Positions 31,057 to 41,648 of a stretch of DNA of 64,000 nt are shown piece after piece. The stretch lies in the NCBI GenBank assembly GCA_023301025.1, contig JALZUR010000020.1:1532-65531 (forward strand), given 5' to 3'. Every line of letters starts with the position of its first letter. Position 1 is the stretch's first letter. A program made the position numbers and the translations under genes. The notes below the pieces were generated by a model. That model ran no database searches. It saw only the letters and a list, made by a program, of their open reading frames with translations, and was not told the DNA's origin. The DNA comes from Bdellovibrionales bacterium (lineage in GTDB: Bacteria; Bdellovibrionota; Bdellovibrionia; Bdellovibrionales; UBA1609).

Positions 31057-31482
31057 TTAAGCCTCCACTTCCAAGCCCATAGACTTAGCTGTTCCAGCAA
31101 CCTGAGCCATAGCAGACTCAAGACTTCCACAGTTCAGATCCGGGAGTTTAGTTTTTGCAATCTCTTCAATTTGAGATTTCTTAACAGTTCCTACTTTATC
31201 TTTTTGAGGCATCTTTGATCCACTCTTCAGATTCATAGCTTTTTTTAGAAGAACTGACACTGGTGGACTTTTTACTACAAAAGTAAAAGACCTGTCTGCA
31301 TAAACTGTGATAATTACTGGAGCAATGGTATCACCCATTTGCTGAGTTTTAGCATTAAACTGCTTACAAAACTCCATAATATTCACACCATGCTGTCCGA
31401 GTGCCGGTCCAACGGGAGGCGATGGATTCGCTTTCCCTGCCGGAATCTGTAGCTTAATCATACCTGCTACTTTTTTTGCCAT
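31057..31482 (-). CDS. rplK: 50S ribosomal protein L11
   Basis: [25 protein letters not shown]. Confidence 0.99.
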   Translation of the reverse strand: MAKKVAGMIKLQIPAGKANPSPPVGPALGQHGVNIMEFCKQFNAKTQQMGDTIAPVIITVYADRSFTFVVKSPPVSVLLKKAMNLKSGSKMPQKDKVGTVKKSQIEEIAKTKLPDLNCGSLESAMAQVAGTAKSMGLEVEA

Positions 31483-31574
31483 TTTCCCACTCCTAGGTTT
31501 TTAAGGTCACTTTTTATAAATTAAAGTGATAAAATTTTTAAAATATAAATATCTGTTAAAGCTATTACCAGCTT

Positions 31575-32111
31575 TTAGTTCTTATTCACCTGAACAAAAT
31601 CTAATTCAACTGGAGTAGGGCGTCCTAAAATCATGACAGCAACTTTAACCTTGCCTTTCTCTTCGTTGATCTCTTCAACTGTTCCATTAAAATTATTAAA
31701 AGGACCATCAATAACTGTTACAGACTCTCCAATTGAAAAGTTTACTTTAGCAATTGAGGCAATAGCTCCAGCTTCCATGTCTGTAACCCTTAAAACCTGA
31801 TCCTCTGGCACCGGTAGAGGCTTTTTTGAACCACCGCCAGCACCTAAAAAGCCTGAGACTTTTGAGCTACTTTTAACTAGGTGCCACGTATCATCATTAA
31901 GGACCATTTGAACAAAAATATATCCAGGAAAAAACTTCTTCGCACGTTGTTGTTTTTTGCCCTTAATCAACTGAACTACATTTTCTGTTGGAACAAGAAT
32001 ATCTCCAAAAGACTCTTCTTTACCTTGAGAAACAATTCGTTCTTCAATTGCAGCTTTTGCAATGGACTCACAGCTTGTTTGAACGTTTACAATGTACCAT
32101 CTTTTTTCCAT
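31575..32111 (-). CDS. nusG: Transcription antitermination factor NusG
   Basis: WYIVN, FFPGYIFV, KOW motif DGPFNNFNG, GRPTPVEL. Confidence 0.98.
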   Translation of the reverse strand: MEKRWYIVNVQTSCESIAKAAIEERIVSQGKEESFGDILVPTENVVQLIKGKKQQRAKKFFPGYIFVQMVLNDDTWHLVKSSSKVSGFLGAGGGSKKPLPVPEDQVLRVTDMEAGAIASIAKVNFSIGESVTVIDGPFNNFNGTVEEINEEKGKVKVAVMILGRPTPVELDFVQVNKN

Positions 32112-32130
32112 TTAAACTCCCAAACTTATA

Positions 32131-32526
32131 TTAACGATCAAAAAGTAAGGCTAAAGCTTTACCCGCTACAATATCAAAACCAGCTAAAATCAAACCTGCA
32201 ATCAAGATCATTATACCGACAGCAATTGTTAAAGACTTTATATCTTTTTTACTTGGCCAAACGACCTTAGAAGTTTCATTGATAACTTCACCTGCATAGG
32301 CTTTATTTTTTTCTGACAACTGAAGCCACAAGAATAAGCCTAATCCACAGATTAATGGAAAACCGTGAAATACAGCTGGAATAGCCTTTAAACGGGCGAT
32401 AACTGGAAAACTACCAGCAGCCGTGTCAAAGAGTACTCCTGTAACCCAAAAAACAAGGGCTGCAGCTATAAAAAACGAGAGTGTCATGAATTTTTTGACC
32501 GCTGATTTGTCCAAAAAGAACTCCAT
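32131..32526 (-). CDS. secE: Preprotein translocase SecE (3-TM type)
   Basis: ETSKVVWPSK motif; located upstream of nusG. Confidence 0.93.
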   Translation of the reverse strand: MEFFLDKSAVKKFMTLSFFIAAALVFWVTGVLFDTAAGSFPVIARLKAIPAVFHGFPLICGLGLFLWLQLSEKNKAYAGEVINETSKVVWPSKKDIKSLTIAVGIMILIAGLILAGFDIVAGKALALLFDR

Positions 32527-32761
32527 ATTATTAAAAAATTTTAAAAGCCTCTATGTTTTACAAATAAAATAAGCCTTGTCACGCTATTTTTTACTTTTTA
32601 AAGACATTGTTATTAATTCTTAACGCCCCCCAAAATGTTAATTCATAGGCTTGATAAGAAATCAGTAAGGTTGCTCTGTATAGATGTCAGTTAAAATAAA
32701 CGATACTGTTTATTCACTAGATCGCAAAAATTCATTGAATTGATTATAATAGACTCTTAAA

Positions 32762-32838
32762 TGGCAGGGCAGGAGAGATTCGAACTCACAACCGGTGGAT
32801 TTGGAATCCACTGCTCTACCAATTAGAGCTACTACCCT
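32762..32838 (-). tRNA. tRNA-Trp(CCA)
   Basis: GTGGA-TT-CCA-AA-TCCAC anticodon arm, TTCGAAT loop, encoded CCA. Confidence 0.96.
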
Positions 32839-32859
32839 GCAAAAAAATAATACTTTGAT

Positions 32860-32896
32860 AAAAAAAGCCAAAGAGGATTATAAGACTCTTTGGCTT
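32860..32896 (-). terminator. Intrinsic terminator after tuf
   Basis: AGCCAAAGAG/CTCTTTGGCT 10-bp stem followed by a T-run on the minus strand. Confidence 0.75.
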
Positions 32897-32938
32897 AAAA
32901 ATAGAAACTTTTGACTCTAATTAAAGAGAAAAAAAGCT

Positions 32939-34129
32939 CTACTCAACAATTTCAGTTACAACACCGGCTCCAACTGTTCTTCCACCTTCACGGATGGCAA
33001 AACGAAGCTCTTTTTCCATCGCGATAGGACAGATCAACTCGCAGTTCATCTCAACTCTATCACCTGGCATAACCATTTCTACACCTGCGTTAAGCTCAAC
33101 AATACCTGTTACATCAGTAGTTCTGAAATAAAACTGTGGTCTGTAGCCATTAAAGAATGGCGTGTGTCTTCCACCTTCTTCTTTACTTAAGATGTAGGCT
33201 TCACATTTAAACTTTCTGTGAGGGTTGATAGATCCTGGTACTGCTAAAACTTGACCTCTTTCAACATCTTCTTTTTTAACACCCCTTAGTAAACAACCAC
33301 AGTTGTCTCCAGCTTGGCCTTCATCAAGAAGCTTACGGAACATTTCAATTCCAGTAACAGTTGTTTTAGTAGTTTCTTTTACACCAACAATTTCAATCTC
33401 TTCACCAACTTTAACGATACCTCTTTCAACACGTCCTGTAACAACAGTACCACGTCCAGAAATTGAAAAAACATCCTCAATCGGCATAAGGAATGGCTTA
33501 TCTACTGCTCTTTCAGGAGCTGGGATGTAACGATCTACTTCTGCCATCAACTTAAGAATTGCTTCTTTACCGATGTTATCATCTCGACCTTCAACAGCAG
33601 CTAATGCAGAACCTTTAACTATTGGAATTTCGTCACCTGGAAACTCATACTTAGAAAGAAGCTCTCTAACTTCTAATTCAACAAGCTCTAAAAGCTCTTC
33701 ATCATCAACCTGATCAACTTTGTTTAAGAAAACAACGATTGAAGGTACACCAACCTGACGAGCAAGTAGGATATGCTCTCTAGTTTGTGGCATCGGACCA
33801 TCTGCTGCATTAACAACTAAGATAGCACCATCCATTTGGGCTGCACCCGTAATCATGTTCTTTACATAATCGGCGTGACCTGGGCAATCCACGTGAGCGT
33901 AATGACGACCTTCTGTTTCATACTCAATATGTGAAGTAGAGATCGTGATACCACGCTCTTTTTCTTCTGGAGCATTATCAATTTCATCAAATTTAGTAGC
34001 CTCTTTACCCGCAGCTTCAGACAATACCTTTGAAATAGCCGCCGTTAATGTGGTCTTACCGTGATCCACGTGTCCAATTGTTCCTATGTTTACATGCGCT
34101 TTTGAGCGATCAAACTTCTCCTTAGCCAT
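32939..34129 (-). CDS. tuf: Elongation factor Tu
   Basis: [32 protein letters not shown]. Confidence 0.99.
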   Translation of the reverse strand: MAKEKFDRSKAHVNIGTIGHVDHGKTTLTAAISKVLSEAAGKEATKFDEIDNAPEEKERGITISTSHIEYETEGRHYAHVDCPGHADYVKNMITGAAQMDGAILVVNAADGPMPQTREHILLARQVGVPSIVVFLNKVDQVDDEELLELVELEVRELLSKYEFPGDEIPIVKGSALAAVEGRDDNIGKEAILKLMAEVDRYIPAPERAVDKPFLMPIEDVFSISGRGTVVTGRVERGIVKVGEEIEIVGVKETTKTTVTGIEMFRKLLDEGQAGDNCGCLLRGVKKEDVERGQVLAVPGSINPHRKFKCEAYILSKEEGGRHTPFFNGYRPQFYFRTTDVTGIVELNAGVEMVMPGDRVEMNCELICPIAMEKELRFAIREGGRTVGAGVVTEIVE

Positions 34130-34371
34130 ATCTTGTCCTCCTAGAGTGCTAAGCTAAAATTATAAAGGCTGTAGGTTACTTACATTATGCACTACAGCCC
34201 AATCTACCTTTAAAAATACTTTTCGAAATTGCCACCAATTTTAATGCTTGTCACACATAATTTTTAAAAAGAACTTTTGGTCTTTAAAAAAACAAGGTGA
34301 GTCAAAGAGGCTACCTAAATACAAATTTTTAAATTCCAATATTAAAACATATTTCATTTAAAGAGTATGAG

Positions 34372-34446
34372 TGGAGCCCATAGTGAGAATCGAACCCACG
34401 ACCTCACCCTTACCAAGGGTGTGCTCTACCACTGAGCCATATGGGC
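34372..34446 (-). tRNA. tRNA-Thr(GGT)
   Basis: CACCC-TT-GGT-AA-GGGTG, encoded CCA. Confidence 0.97.
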
Positions 34447-34458
34447 TCAATTGAGAAA

Positions 34459-34534
34459 TGGAGCGGGAGACGAGTCTCGAACTCGCAACCCTTAGCTTGG
34501 AAGGCTAATACTCTACCAATTGAGCTACTCCCGC
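34459..34534 (-). tRNA. tRNA-Gly(TCC)
   Basis: TTAGC-CT-TCC-AA-GCTAA, encoded CCA. Confidence 0.97.
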
Positions 34535-34546
34535 TCTAAAATAAAA

Positions 34547-34632
34547 TGGTGGAGAGAGCAGGATTCGAACCTGCGAACGCATACGCGAACGGGTTTACAG
34601 CCCGTCTCCTTTAGCCACTCGGACATCTCTCC
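34547..34632 (-). tRNA. tRNA-Tyr(GTA)
   Basis: ACGGG-CT-GTA-AA-CCCGT, long variable arm, encoded CCA. Confidence 0.97.
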
Positions 34633-34634
34633 AA

Positions 34635-34710
34635 TGGAGCTGGATATGGGACTCGAACCCGCAACCTGCTGATTACAAATCAGCTGCTCTACCAATTGAG
34701 CTAATCCAGC
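34635..34710 (-). tRNA. tRNA-Thr(TGT)
   Basis: GCTGA-TT-TGT-AA-TCAGC, encoded CCA; part of the classic Thr-Tyr-Gly-Thr-tuf cluster. Confidence 0.96.
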
Positions 34711-34946
34711 TACAAGTCTTCAATTTAAAAACCAAAAGCTGGGTGAGGTCAATAACAAAGATACGTAGTTAACGCTTTAAACATTTAGTCAAAATTTTCT
34801 GCAATCTATAAAGGCAGAAAATTAATTTAATTTAATTTTCAAAACAAAATAGCATCAAAAATTTTGTGAATAAAACAGTTTTAAAAAATCAACTCAATTC
34901 TATTTAAAAAAATAAAAGTTAATAAACATACAATTAAAATCTATTC

Positions 34947-35651
34947 TTAAGTTTTTAAAGCCCAAAGACCTAAAGCAACAGATACAGATACATTGTAGCT
35001 TGCATCACTTTTTTGCTGAGGAATGAAAACTTGAAAGTCAGATTCTTTTAACAAGGTAGGTCTAATTCCTTTTTCTTCAGCACCTGCGATTAATACTGTT
35101 TTATCAGACGTTTTAACTTTATTTAAGGCTTCGGCACGGTCATCTACGTTAAGTGCATAAGACCAAAAACCCATTTCTTTTAAATCTTCAATTTCTTGTT
35201 TAAGGTTCTTAACCCTATGAACACACACATGCTCTAAGCCCCCACATGAAACTTTTGAAACAGTAGGAGTCAAAGATGCAGAGCCTTTTGTAGGTGTAAA
35301 AATTGCATCCACTCCCATAAGCCACGCTGTTCTTATAATAGCACCGAAGTTATGAGGGTCTTCAACACCATCAAGTGCTAAAATAAAAGACTTATCTTTT
35401 TTACTGAAGTCTTTAAATTCAGGATTTTGTGACACCTCACATGAAACTCCTTGATGATTATTACAAAGATTATTAAAAAAACTTTCTTTTTTTGTAACAA
35501 CTTGAAGGTTGTTACTTTTGCATAGTTTCAAAAGTTCTGAAGACCACTTTTTACTCTCTAAAGAACTTGAAACAAAAACTTTGGTCACAGCCTTTGGCCT
35601 AACTTTTAGAGCTTCAAAAACACTGTGTCTACCAACGGCGACTCTACTCAT
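34947..35651 (-). CDS. rlmB: 23S rRNA 2'-O-methyltransferase, TrmH/SpoU family (RlmB-like)
   Basis: NHQGV, LDGVEDPHNFGAIIRTA, GAEEKGIR, SYNVSV. Confidence 0.85.
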   Translation of the reverse strand: MSRVAVGRHSVFEALKVRPKAVTKVFVSSSLESKKWSSELLKLCKSNNLQVVTKKESFFNNLCNNHQGVSCEVSQNPEFKDFSKKDKSFILALDGVEDPHNFGAIIRTAWLMGVDAIFTPTKGSASLTPTVSKVSCGGLEHVCVHRVKNLKQEIEDLKEMGFWSYALNVDDRAEALNKVKTSDKTVLIAGAEEKGIRPTLLKESDFQVFIPQQKSDASYNVSVSVALGLWALKT

Positions 35652-36334
35652 AGAGATATTTCCTTTAAAACATCTTTAGGATCTTTGATGTTAATCAATG
35701 ATCTGCCCATAACCAAAAAATCTGCTCCATTCTGAAAGGCTTTTTTAGGCGTAACAACTCTTTTTTGATCAGAGGTTTCATCCCCAGTAAATCTAATACC
35801 AGGACACACTAAAAAAAGATTTGGATGACTCTCTTTAATAAAAGAAGCCTCAGTTGCTGAACAAACAATCCCTTCTAAACCAGAGGTAACTACTGCATCA
35901 GACAAACTTTTAACCACTCCCTCGCTAGACATAGAAACAAGTGGCAATTTATTGGTTGTTTGATCAAAGCTAGTCAAAAGTGTCACTGCAAGAATTCTAA
36001 AGGGCCTAAGTTTATTTAGCTCTTTTTCTAAAAGGCTTAACTCCTTTAAACACACTTCTCCGTTGAGAGCATGCACTGTACAAAAAGAAGACCCTAAATT
36101 AAAGGCTCTTTTCACAGAGCTTAAAACTGTAGAAGGAATATCAAAAAACTTATAATCAAGAAAAAGCTCCCCTTGTTCGCTCAAAATTTGCCATTCGTCA
36201 TTAGACAGTTGGAATCCTAAACGTGGACCAACTTTAAAACCTTTAATATAAGGGCTCCATTTTTTAGAAAGCTTCAAAGCAGCATCTTTGCAATCAACAT
36301 CTAAAGCTAAAAAAACATTGGCTTTATCAATCAT
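35648..36334 (-). CDS. pyrF: Orotidine 5'-phosphate decarboxylase
   Basis: LALD, FLDYKFFDIPST, PGIR, DQKRV, VMGR. Confidence 0.95.
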   Translation of the reverse strand: MIDKANVFLALDVDCKDAALKLSKKWSPYIKGFKVGPRLGFQLSNDEWQILSEQGELFLDYKFFDIPSTVLSSVKRAFNLGSSFCTVHALNGEVCLKELSLLEKELNKLRPFRILAVTLLTSFDQTTNKLPLVSMSSEGVVKSLSDAVVTSGLEGIVCSATEASFIKESHPNLFLVCPGIRFTGDETSDQKRVVTPKKAFQNGADFLVMGRSLINIKDPKDVLKEISL

Positions 36335-38061
36335 CAGGCTAATGCCTCAAGAATAGCCTCATAAGCTTGATCTAGAGAAAACTCTTTTTTTACTTTTTCT
36401 GAGCGCTTTACAACTTCGACAAGCCCTTTAGAGAAACTTTTATGACCCAACACAAGCCTTACTGGAAAACCGAGAAGATCAGCATCTTTAAACTTAACAC
36501 CAGGTCTTTCTTTTCTATCATCTAAGAAAACTTCAATATTTTTTGTTTCTAACCTTTTAGAAATTTCATTGGCAAAAGAGAGCATCTCTTCTTTTAAATC
36601 AAGTAAACAAATATGCACTTGAAAAGGGGCAATTGAGAGTGGCCAAACTATTCCATCTTCATCGTGACTTTGCTCAATTGAAGCCTGAACCACGCGACTC
36701 ACACCAATGCCATAGCAACCCATTTCAAAACTTTTTGTTTTTCCATTTTGATCTAAATACTCAGCCTTCATAGCTCTGCTGTATTTATTCCCTAAGTAAA
36801 ATATATGCCCTGCTTCAATGCCTCTAATGGACTGTAAAACACCTTCACCAGAAGGCGATACATCTCCAGCTTCAGCCAAAGTTAAATCAAAAACGCCTTC
36901 CACTTTAAAGTCTTTGTGAGGCTTTACACCCTTTTTATGAAAGTGATCTTTGTTCGCCCCAACAATCATAGATTTAAAATCTTCTAGGTTCTGATCCATA
37001 TAAATAGGTCCATCTTTTAAAAGATCTACTGGTCCACAACTTCCAGGTCTAGCTCCTGCAAACTCTAATACCTCATTATCATTTAAAAACTCAGGAAGCT
37101 CTTTTAAATTAAGTTCATTTTTAATTTTTATAAGATTTACTTCATCCGATCCCCTTAAAAGAACCGTGAACCTAAAAACCTCTTCATCTAAAACTTTTTG
37201 TCCTTTAAAAAACATGGTCTTAACAAGTTCTTCTTGAGAAAGATCTAAAAATTTCGAAAGCTCATCAATAGTTTTTAGATCTTTAGTTTCAAACTCAACA
37301 CATTCTAACTCTTGAAGCACTCTTGAATCAGGCTGTGGCATAACTTTCACTCTTGGACAAATTTCAATATTTGCAGCAAAATCTCCCTTATCACTCACCA
37401 TAAGCTGGTCTTCACCAATATCTGCTAAAATCTGAAACTCTTCTGTTAAAGATCCACCTATAGCACCCGAATCCGCTTTAACAATCCTGTAGTCTAAGCC
37501 AAGTTGATTAAAAATATTTGTGTAGGCTTTTTTATAATTATGATAGCTAACTTGGGCTGACTCTTTATCAATATCAAACGAGTAGGCATCTTTCATGACA
37601 AACTCTTTTGCTCTCATTAAACCAAAGCGTGGGCGAATTTCATCTCGGTACTTTGTTTGAATCTGATAAACATTGTAAGGAAGATCTTTATAGCTCGTAA
37701 CACTATTTCTAACATAATCTGTAACTACCTCTTCATGAGTAGGACCAAGACAGAATTCATAACTTTTTTTATTTTTAAACGTTTGTAAATCAGGATAACC
37801 CCAACGTCCAGACTCTTCCCATAAAGATTTAGGCTGCACCACTGGAAAAAGAACTTCATGACAGTCAATTTTTGAAAGCTCTTCTCGAATTATGGATTCG
37901 ACTTTTCGCATGGCTTTTAAAAAAATAAAACCATACGAATATAAACCAGAACCTAGTTTTTTAACTAAGCCTGCTCTTATCAAAAGTTTATGACTAGAAA
38001 TCTCAGCATCTGAAGGATCTTCTTTAAATGTTTTATGGCTAAGGTTGCTCCACTTTATCAT
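36334..38061 (-). CDS. proS: Proline--tRNA ligase (bacterial type with editing insertion)
   Basis: LGPTHEE, RDEIRPRFGLMR, MGCYGIGVSR, DADLLG. Confidence 0.97.
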   Translation of the reverse strand: MIKWSNLSHKTFKEDPSDAEISSHKLLIRAGLVKKLGSGLYSYGFIFLKAMRKVESIIREELSKIDCHEVLFPVVQPKSLWEESGRWGYPDLQTFKNKKSYEFCLGPTHEEVVTDYVRNSVTSYKDLPYNVYQIQTKYRDEIRPRFGLMRAKEFVMKDAYSFDIDKESAQVSYHNYKKAYTNIFNQLGLDYRIVKADSGAIGGSLTEEFQILADIGEDQLMVSDKGDFAANIEICPRVKVMPQPDSRVLQELECVEFETKDLKTIDELSKFLDLSQEELVKTMFFKGQKVLDEEVFRFTVLLRGSDEVNLIKIKNELNLKELPEFLNDNEVLEFAGARPGSCGPVDLLKDGPIYMDQNLEDFKSMIVGANKDHFHKKGVKPHKDFKVEGVFDLTLAEAGDVSPSGEGVLQSIRGIEAGHIFYLGNKYSRAMKAEYLDQNGKTKSFEMGCYGIGVSRVVQASIEQSHDEDGIVWPLSIAPFQVHICLLDLKEEMLSFANEISKRLETKNIEVFLDDRKERPGVKFKDADLLGFPVRLVLGHKSFSKGLVEVVKRSEKVKKEFSLDQAYEAILEALA

Positions 38062-38130
38062 TACAAACTCTCACTTTTTCTTTTAATTTTTAGGCCGATA
38101 AGACTAAGTCTACTTTTTTGTTGAAACATT

Positions 38131-39435
38131 TTACTCTACTTCAATATCATATGCTTTAATTTTTCTATGTAAATAACTTCTTTCAAGTCCAATAGCCTCA
38201 GAGGTTTTAGAAATATTCCCTTTATTCTCAGAAAGCTTTGCAATCAGATAGCTCTTCTCAAATTCAGATCTTGCAGCTCTAAAATCACCCATGCCAATGA
38301 AAACTGTATTTGTATGTCTAGTTAGGCCCGCATAGTTTAGATCATAAACATCAAATGAATCATTGTTTGATAAAATATAAAGACGCTCTACAAAATTTTT
38401 AAGTTCCTTAACATTTCCAGGCCAGTCATAAGAGATTAAAAGATCCAAAGCTTTTTGTTGTATAGGCTTATAAGCTTCACCAAGTTTTCTAGACTGTTCA
38501 AATGAAAAAGCCTCAAATAATACAGGAAGATCATCTTTTCTTTGTCTTAAAGGCTGAATGTTCATCTCTAAACAAGAAAGCTTCACAAAAAGGTCTTCTC
38601 TAAAAAGACCCTTCTTAACAGCACCGCTTAGGATATCTGAACCAGAACTTCCAACAAGCCTTACATTTGATATTCGAGCGCTGTTACGCAAAAAATCAGC
38701 AAGCTCTACTTGAGCACTTTCTTCTAAGGCTTCAATGTTTTTTAAAAATAGAGTGCCACCGCCTGCTAGAAAAAACTTTCCATTTTCAGAAAAAAGTTCA
38801 TCTTTATGAAGCCCTTGAGGTATAGAGTTGCAATTGACACTTACAAATGGACCACTGGCCCTATCACTCATATAATGAATATTTCTGGCTACTAAACTTT
38901 TACCAACACCTCCTTCACCATAGATAAGATAAGGTGAAGAACTTTTTCCATATTTCATTATAAGAGATTTAATATTTTGCATATGAGGACTTGAGCCCTC
39001 TAAAAGGTAGCTTTCTTTTAATTGAGATAATAGACTGGCTCTTTCTTTTTGTTGCTTTTCAAAAAGCAGCATGTTTTTTAATGTAATCAAGATCTTATCC
39101 ATAGAAATAGGCTTTTCGATAAAATCCCAAGCCCCAAGCTTCACAGCTTTAACAGCAGTTTCAATACTGCCATGACCAGACATAACAATAACATTAGTTT
39201 TTTGTTCAAGCCCTTCAAGTTTATCTAAAACTTGAATTCCATCTAAATCTCCAGGCATCCACACATCTAAAAGCATCACATTGGGTTTAAAATCAGAAAT
39301 TTTAGCCAAGGCTTCAGTACCAGACTCAGCTGATTCAACTTGAAAGCCTTCATCTTCCAAAGAGGCTGAAAGAATTTTTCTGATTGAAGATTCATCATCA
39401 ACAACCAAAACTTTTAAATCCTTAAATTCAATCAT
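38131..39435 (-). CDS. NtrX-like response regulator (REC - degenerate AAA+ - Fis HTH)
   Basis: VVDDE..LLDVWMP receiver, GEGGVGKS Walker A, WPGNVKEL, LERSYLHRK HTH. GAFTGA and the Walker B DE are absent. Confidence 0.85.
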   Translation of the reverse strand: MIEFKDLKVLVVDDESSIRKILSASLEDEGFQVESAESGTEALAKISDFKPNVMLLDVWMPGDLDGIQVLDKLEGLEQKTNVIVMSGHGSIETAVKAVKLGAWDFIEKPISMDKILITLKNMLLFEKQQKERASLLSQLKESYLLEGSSPHMQNIKSLIMKYGKSSSPYLIYGEGGVGKSLVARNIHYMSDRASGPFVSVNCNSIPQGLHKDELFSENGKFFLAGGGTLFLKNIEALEESAQVELADFLRNSARISNVRLVGSSGSDILSGAVKKGLFREDLFVKLSCLEMNIQPLRQRKDDLPVLFEAFSFEQSRKLGEAYKPIQQKALDLLISYDWPGNVKELKNFVERLYILSNNDSFDVYDLNYAGLTRHTNTVFIGMGDFRAARSEFEKSYLIAKLSENKGNISKTSEAIGLERSYLHRKIKAYDIEVE

Positions 39436-39466
39436 AATATTAAAACCCTCAACTTTTGTTTATTCA

Positions 39467-41617
39467 TTATATTTTAATCTGCGGCATTTCAATCAAAAAC
39501 CGCGTCTTACCCTTATTGTCTTTTCCAATTGAAATACGACCCCTGTGATCCTCGATGATCTTTTTAACAATGGAGAGTCCTAGGCCTGAGTGGTTGATTT
39601 TAGTTGTATACTTACTGTTAAAAACAGTCTGCCAATGGGATTCATCAACACCAGGTCCAGAATCAAAAAATTCGATAAAAAACATATTGTCTTTTGCTTC
39701 AGGATTTTTCTCTACGTTAATGCTAATTATCTTATTTTCAAAATCACCCATAGCTTCAATAGAGTTTTCAATTAAATTTATGAAAACTCGATTCATTTTC
39801 TCAAAGTCCCAAGTAAGTTTTTCAACAGAAATCATAAATCTAAAGTTAAGATCAGGATGAGAAACTTTATAAAGAGCTGATAGTCTTTCAAAAAAATCCT
39901 GAACATTAACGATCACAGGCTTCATTTGTGGAAATCTTGCAAACTGATTGAATTCATTAACAAGGTTTTTTATAAGATCAACATGGTCAATAATTGTTTT
40001 GATGCAGTCTTTAAAGATAGGGTCATCGATATCTTTTGAAAACTTTTTCAAAAGTCGTTCTGCAGAAAGCTTTACTGGCGTTAAAGGGTTTTTGATTTCA
40101 TGAGCCACACGAGTTGCCACTTCTTTCCAGGCCTTTACTCTTTGATTTTCGCGTAAAAGATCAACGTCTTCTACAGTTATAAGTGCACCATAACCTTCAA
40201 GATTTGCTGTTTTTAAATTAGAGATAGAAATTTGTAAGGACAGTGTTTTTTCTTGAGTAACCTTAATATCAACTTCTTGAACATAAACTTCGTCTTTTGT
40301 AGATTTAAAGTTTTTTAGCATCTCCACAATTTCTGATGGAAGTGTGTTTTTTTTAATAGGTTCTGTTAATGAAAAAATCTTTTGGGCTCTTTTGTTAAAA
40401 TAAGTCAGATTAAAGTTTTCATCAAACGACATAACTCCTGAACTTACTTGGGACAGCACTGATTTTATATACAAACTGGACTGCTCAAGTTCTTTTACAG
40501 AGTCTTTTAAATGAACCCTAGTGCTTTTTAACTCAATGATCATTGAGTTAAAATTTTGTATAAGAGCGTTTAGTTCTGTCATACCAGTTTTAAAACGAAT
40601 TGGCGAAAACTCGCCTTTTGAAACATTTTGAGTAGCTTCACGAACAGCAAATATAGGACGCGATAGGGATTGTGCCAAGTATAGACTGAACCATCCACCA
40701 AAAGCTAAGATAACAAGTGTCATGCTTGTTAGAATGAAATAATAGGTGGACTTAAGAGGTATGCGAAAAGCTTTTGTTTTTTGAAACTCTAGTCTTGATT
40801 CAGTTACTGCATCTATTGTTTGAAGAAGAGTAAATGGTAAAACTTTAGATACAATAAAAAAACTGTTATAGTCTTCGCTATGAACCAAAGCACTTAACCA
40901 CTGACCTTGCTCAGTTTTTCTTGAAAAGCTGTGATTTTTCTTATTTTTTATTTTTTTCTTAATCTGTAAATCACTAATTTTAGGAAGATAGTAGCCACTC
41001 TTTTCCGAATATACAGAAGTAAGATACGGTTCAGAATTAGACGTAGCCTCAGCGCTAAAAAACTCAAGAGCATCAATACCAAGATTCACGACTTCTTTAT
41101 CAAGCTCTTTTAAATTTATAGCTTTTAATCTTTTATGTCTTTTATTAATTTGATTAGCTGTGTAGAAGAGGTCTGATTTTATATCATCGATATACTCCGT
41201 AGACAGTCTTGTAGATGTGTCTAAAATGGTTTGTGTTTGATTAGCAAACCACCTATCAAAACTTGAGTTGATGTAAAAAACAGAGACCAAAAACATAAGA
41301 GTTGTTGGGACAAATGCAAAACTCACGAAAGCCAAAAAGAGTCTCGCCTTAAGGCTCTTCCCAAAAGTTTTAGACTTTGAATCAGCGTACAGTTTTACTA
41401 AGTTTCTAGCTAAAAAAAATGTTATTGATAAAAAGACTAATGCATTTAAATTGACTAAGCCAAAAAAGAAAAGTGCATAAGATAAAGGTAGATCGCTTCC
41501 ACTATTAACAAATCTAAATAAGATCCAATTTAAAAGAATAAAAAAAAGTCCAAGTGGTCCTAAAAGCCAAAGCTCTAAAGAACGCCTTTTGCTTTCATCT
41601 TGTTCACTACGTATCAT
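39467..41617 (-). CDS. NtrY-like sensor histidine kinase (TM, HAMP, PAS, HisKA, HATPase)
   Basis: INSSFDRWF, AWKEVATRVAHEIKNPLTP, EFNQFARFP, DSGPG, GLGL. Confidence 0.88.
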   Translation of the reverse strand: MIRSEQDESKRRSLELWLLGPLGLFFILLNWILFRFVNSGSDLPLSYALFFFGLVNLNALVFLSITFFLARNLVKLYADSKSKTFGKSLKARLFLAFVSFAFVPTTLMFLVSVFYINSSFDRWFANQTQTILDTSTRLSTEYIDDIKSDLFYTANQINKRHKRLKAINLKELDKEVVNLGIDALEFFSAEATSNSEPYLTSVYSEKSGYYLPKISDLQIKKKIKNKKNHSFSRKTEQGQWLSALVHSEDYNSFFIVSKVLPFTLLQTIDAVTESRLEFQKTKAFRIPLKSTYYFILTSMTLVILAFGGWFSLYLAQSLSRPIFAVREATQNVSKGEFSPIRFKTGMTELNALIQNFNSMIIELKSTRVHLKDSVKELEQSSLYIKSVLSQVSSGVMSFDENFNLTYFNKRAQKIFSLTEPIKKNTLPSEIVEMLKNFKSTKDEVYVQEVDIKVTQEKTLSLQISISNLKTANLEGYGALITVEDVDLLRENQRVKAWKEVATRVAHEIKNPLTPVKLSAERLLKKFSKDIDDPIFKDCIKTIIDHVDLIKNLVNEFNQFARFPQMKPVIVNVQDFFERLSALYKVSHPDLNFRFMISVEKLTWDFEKMNRVFINLIENSIEAMGDFENKIISINVEKNPEAKDNMFFIEFFDSGPGVDESHWQTVFNSKYTTKINHSGLGLSIVKKIIEDHRGRISIGKDNKGKTRFLIEMPQIKI

Positions 41618-41648
41618 ATGTCATAAGTTGTAACATTGTTGAGTGTAC

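Noticed and set aside
2430-34950. Prophage or integrative element at the tRNA genes
   Set aside because: No integrase, transposase or duplicated tRNA 3' end was seen next to any of the six tRNAs.
38094-38101. Perfect sigma28 -10 box GCCGATAA
   Set aside because: No TAAA-like -35 at the right spacing, and it points antisense into the ntrX-like gene; probably chance.
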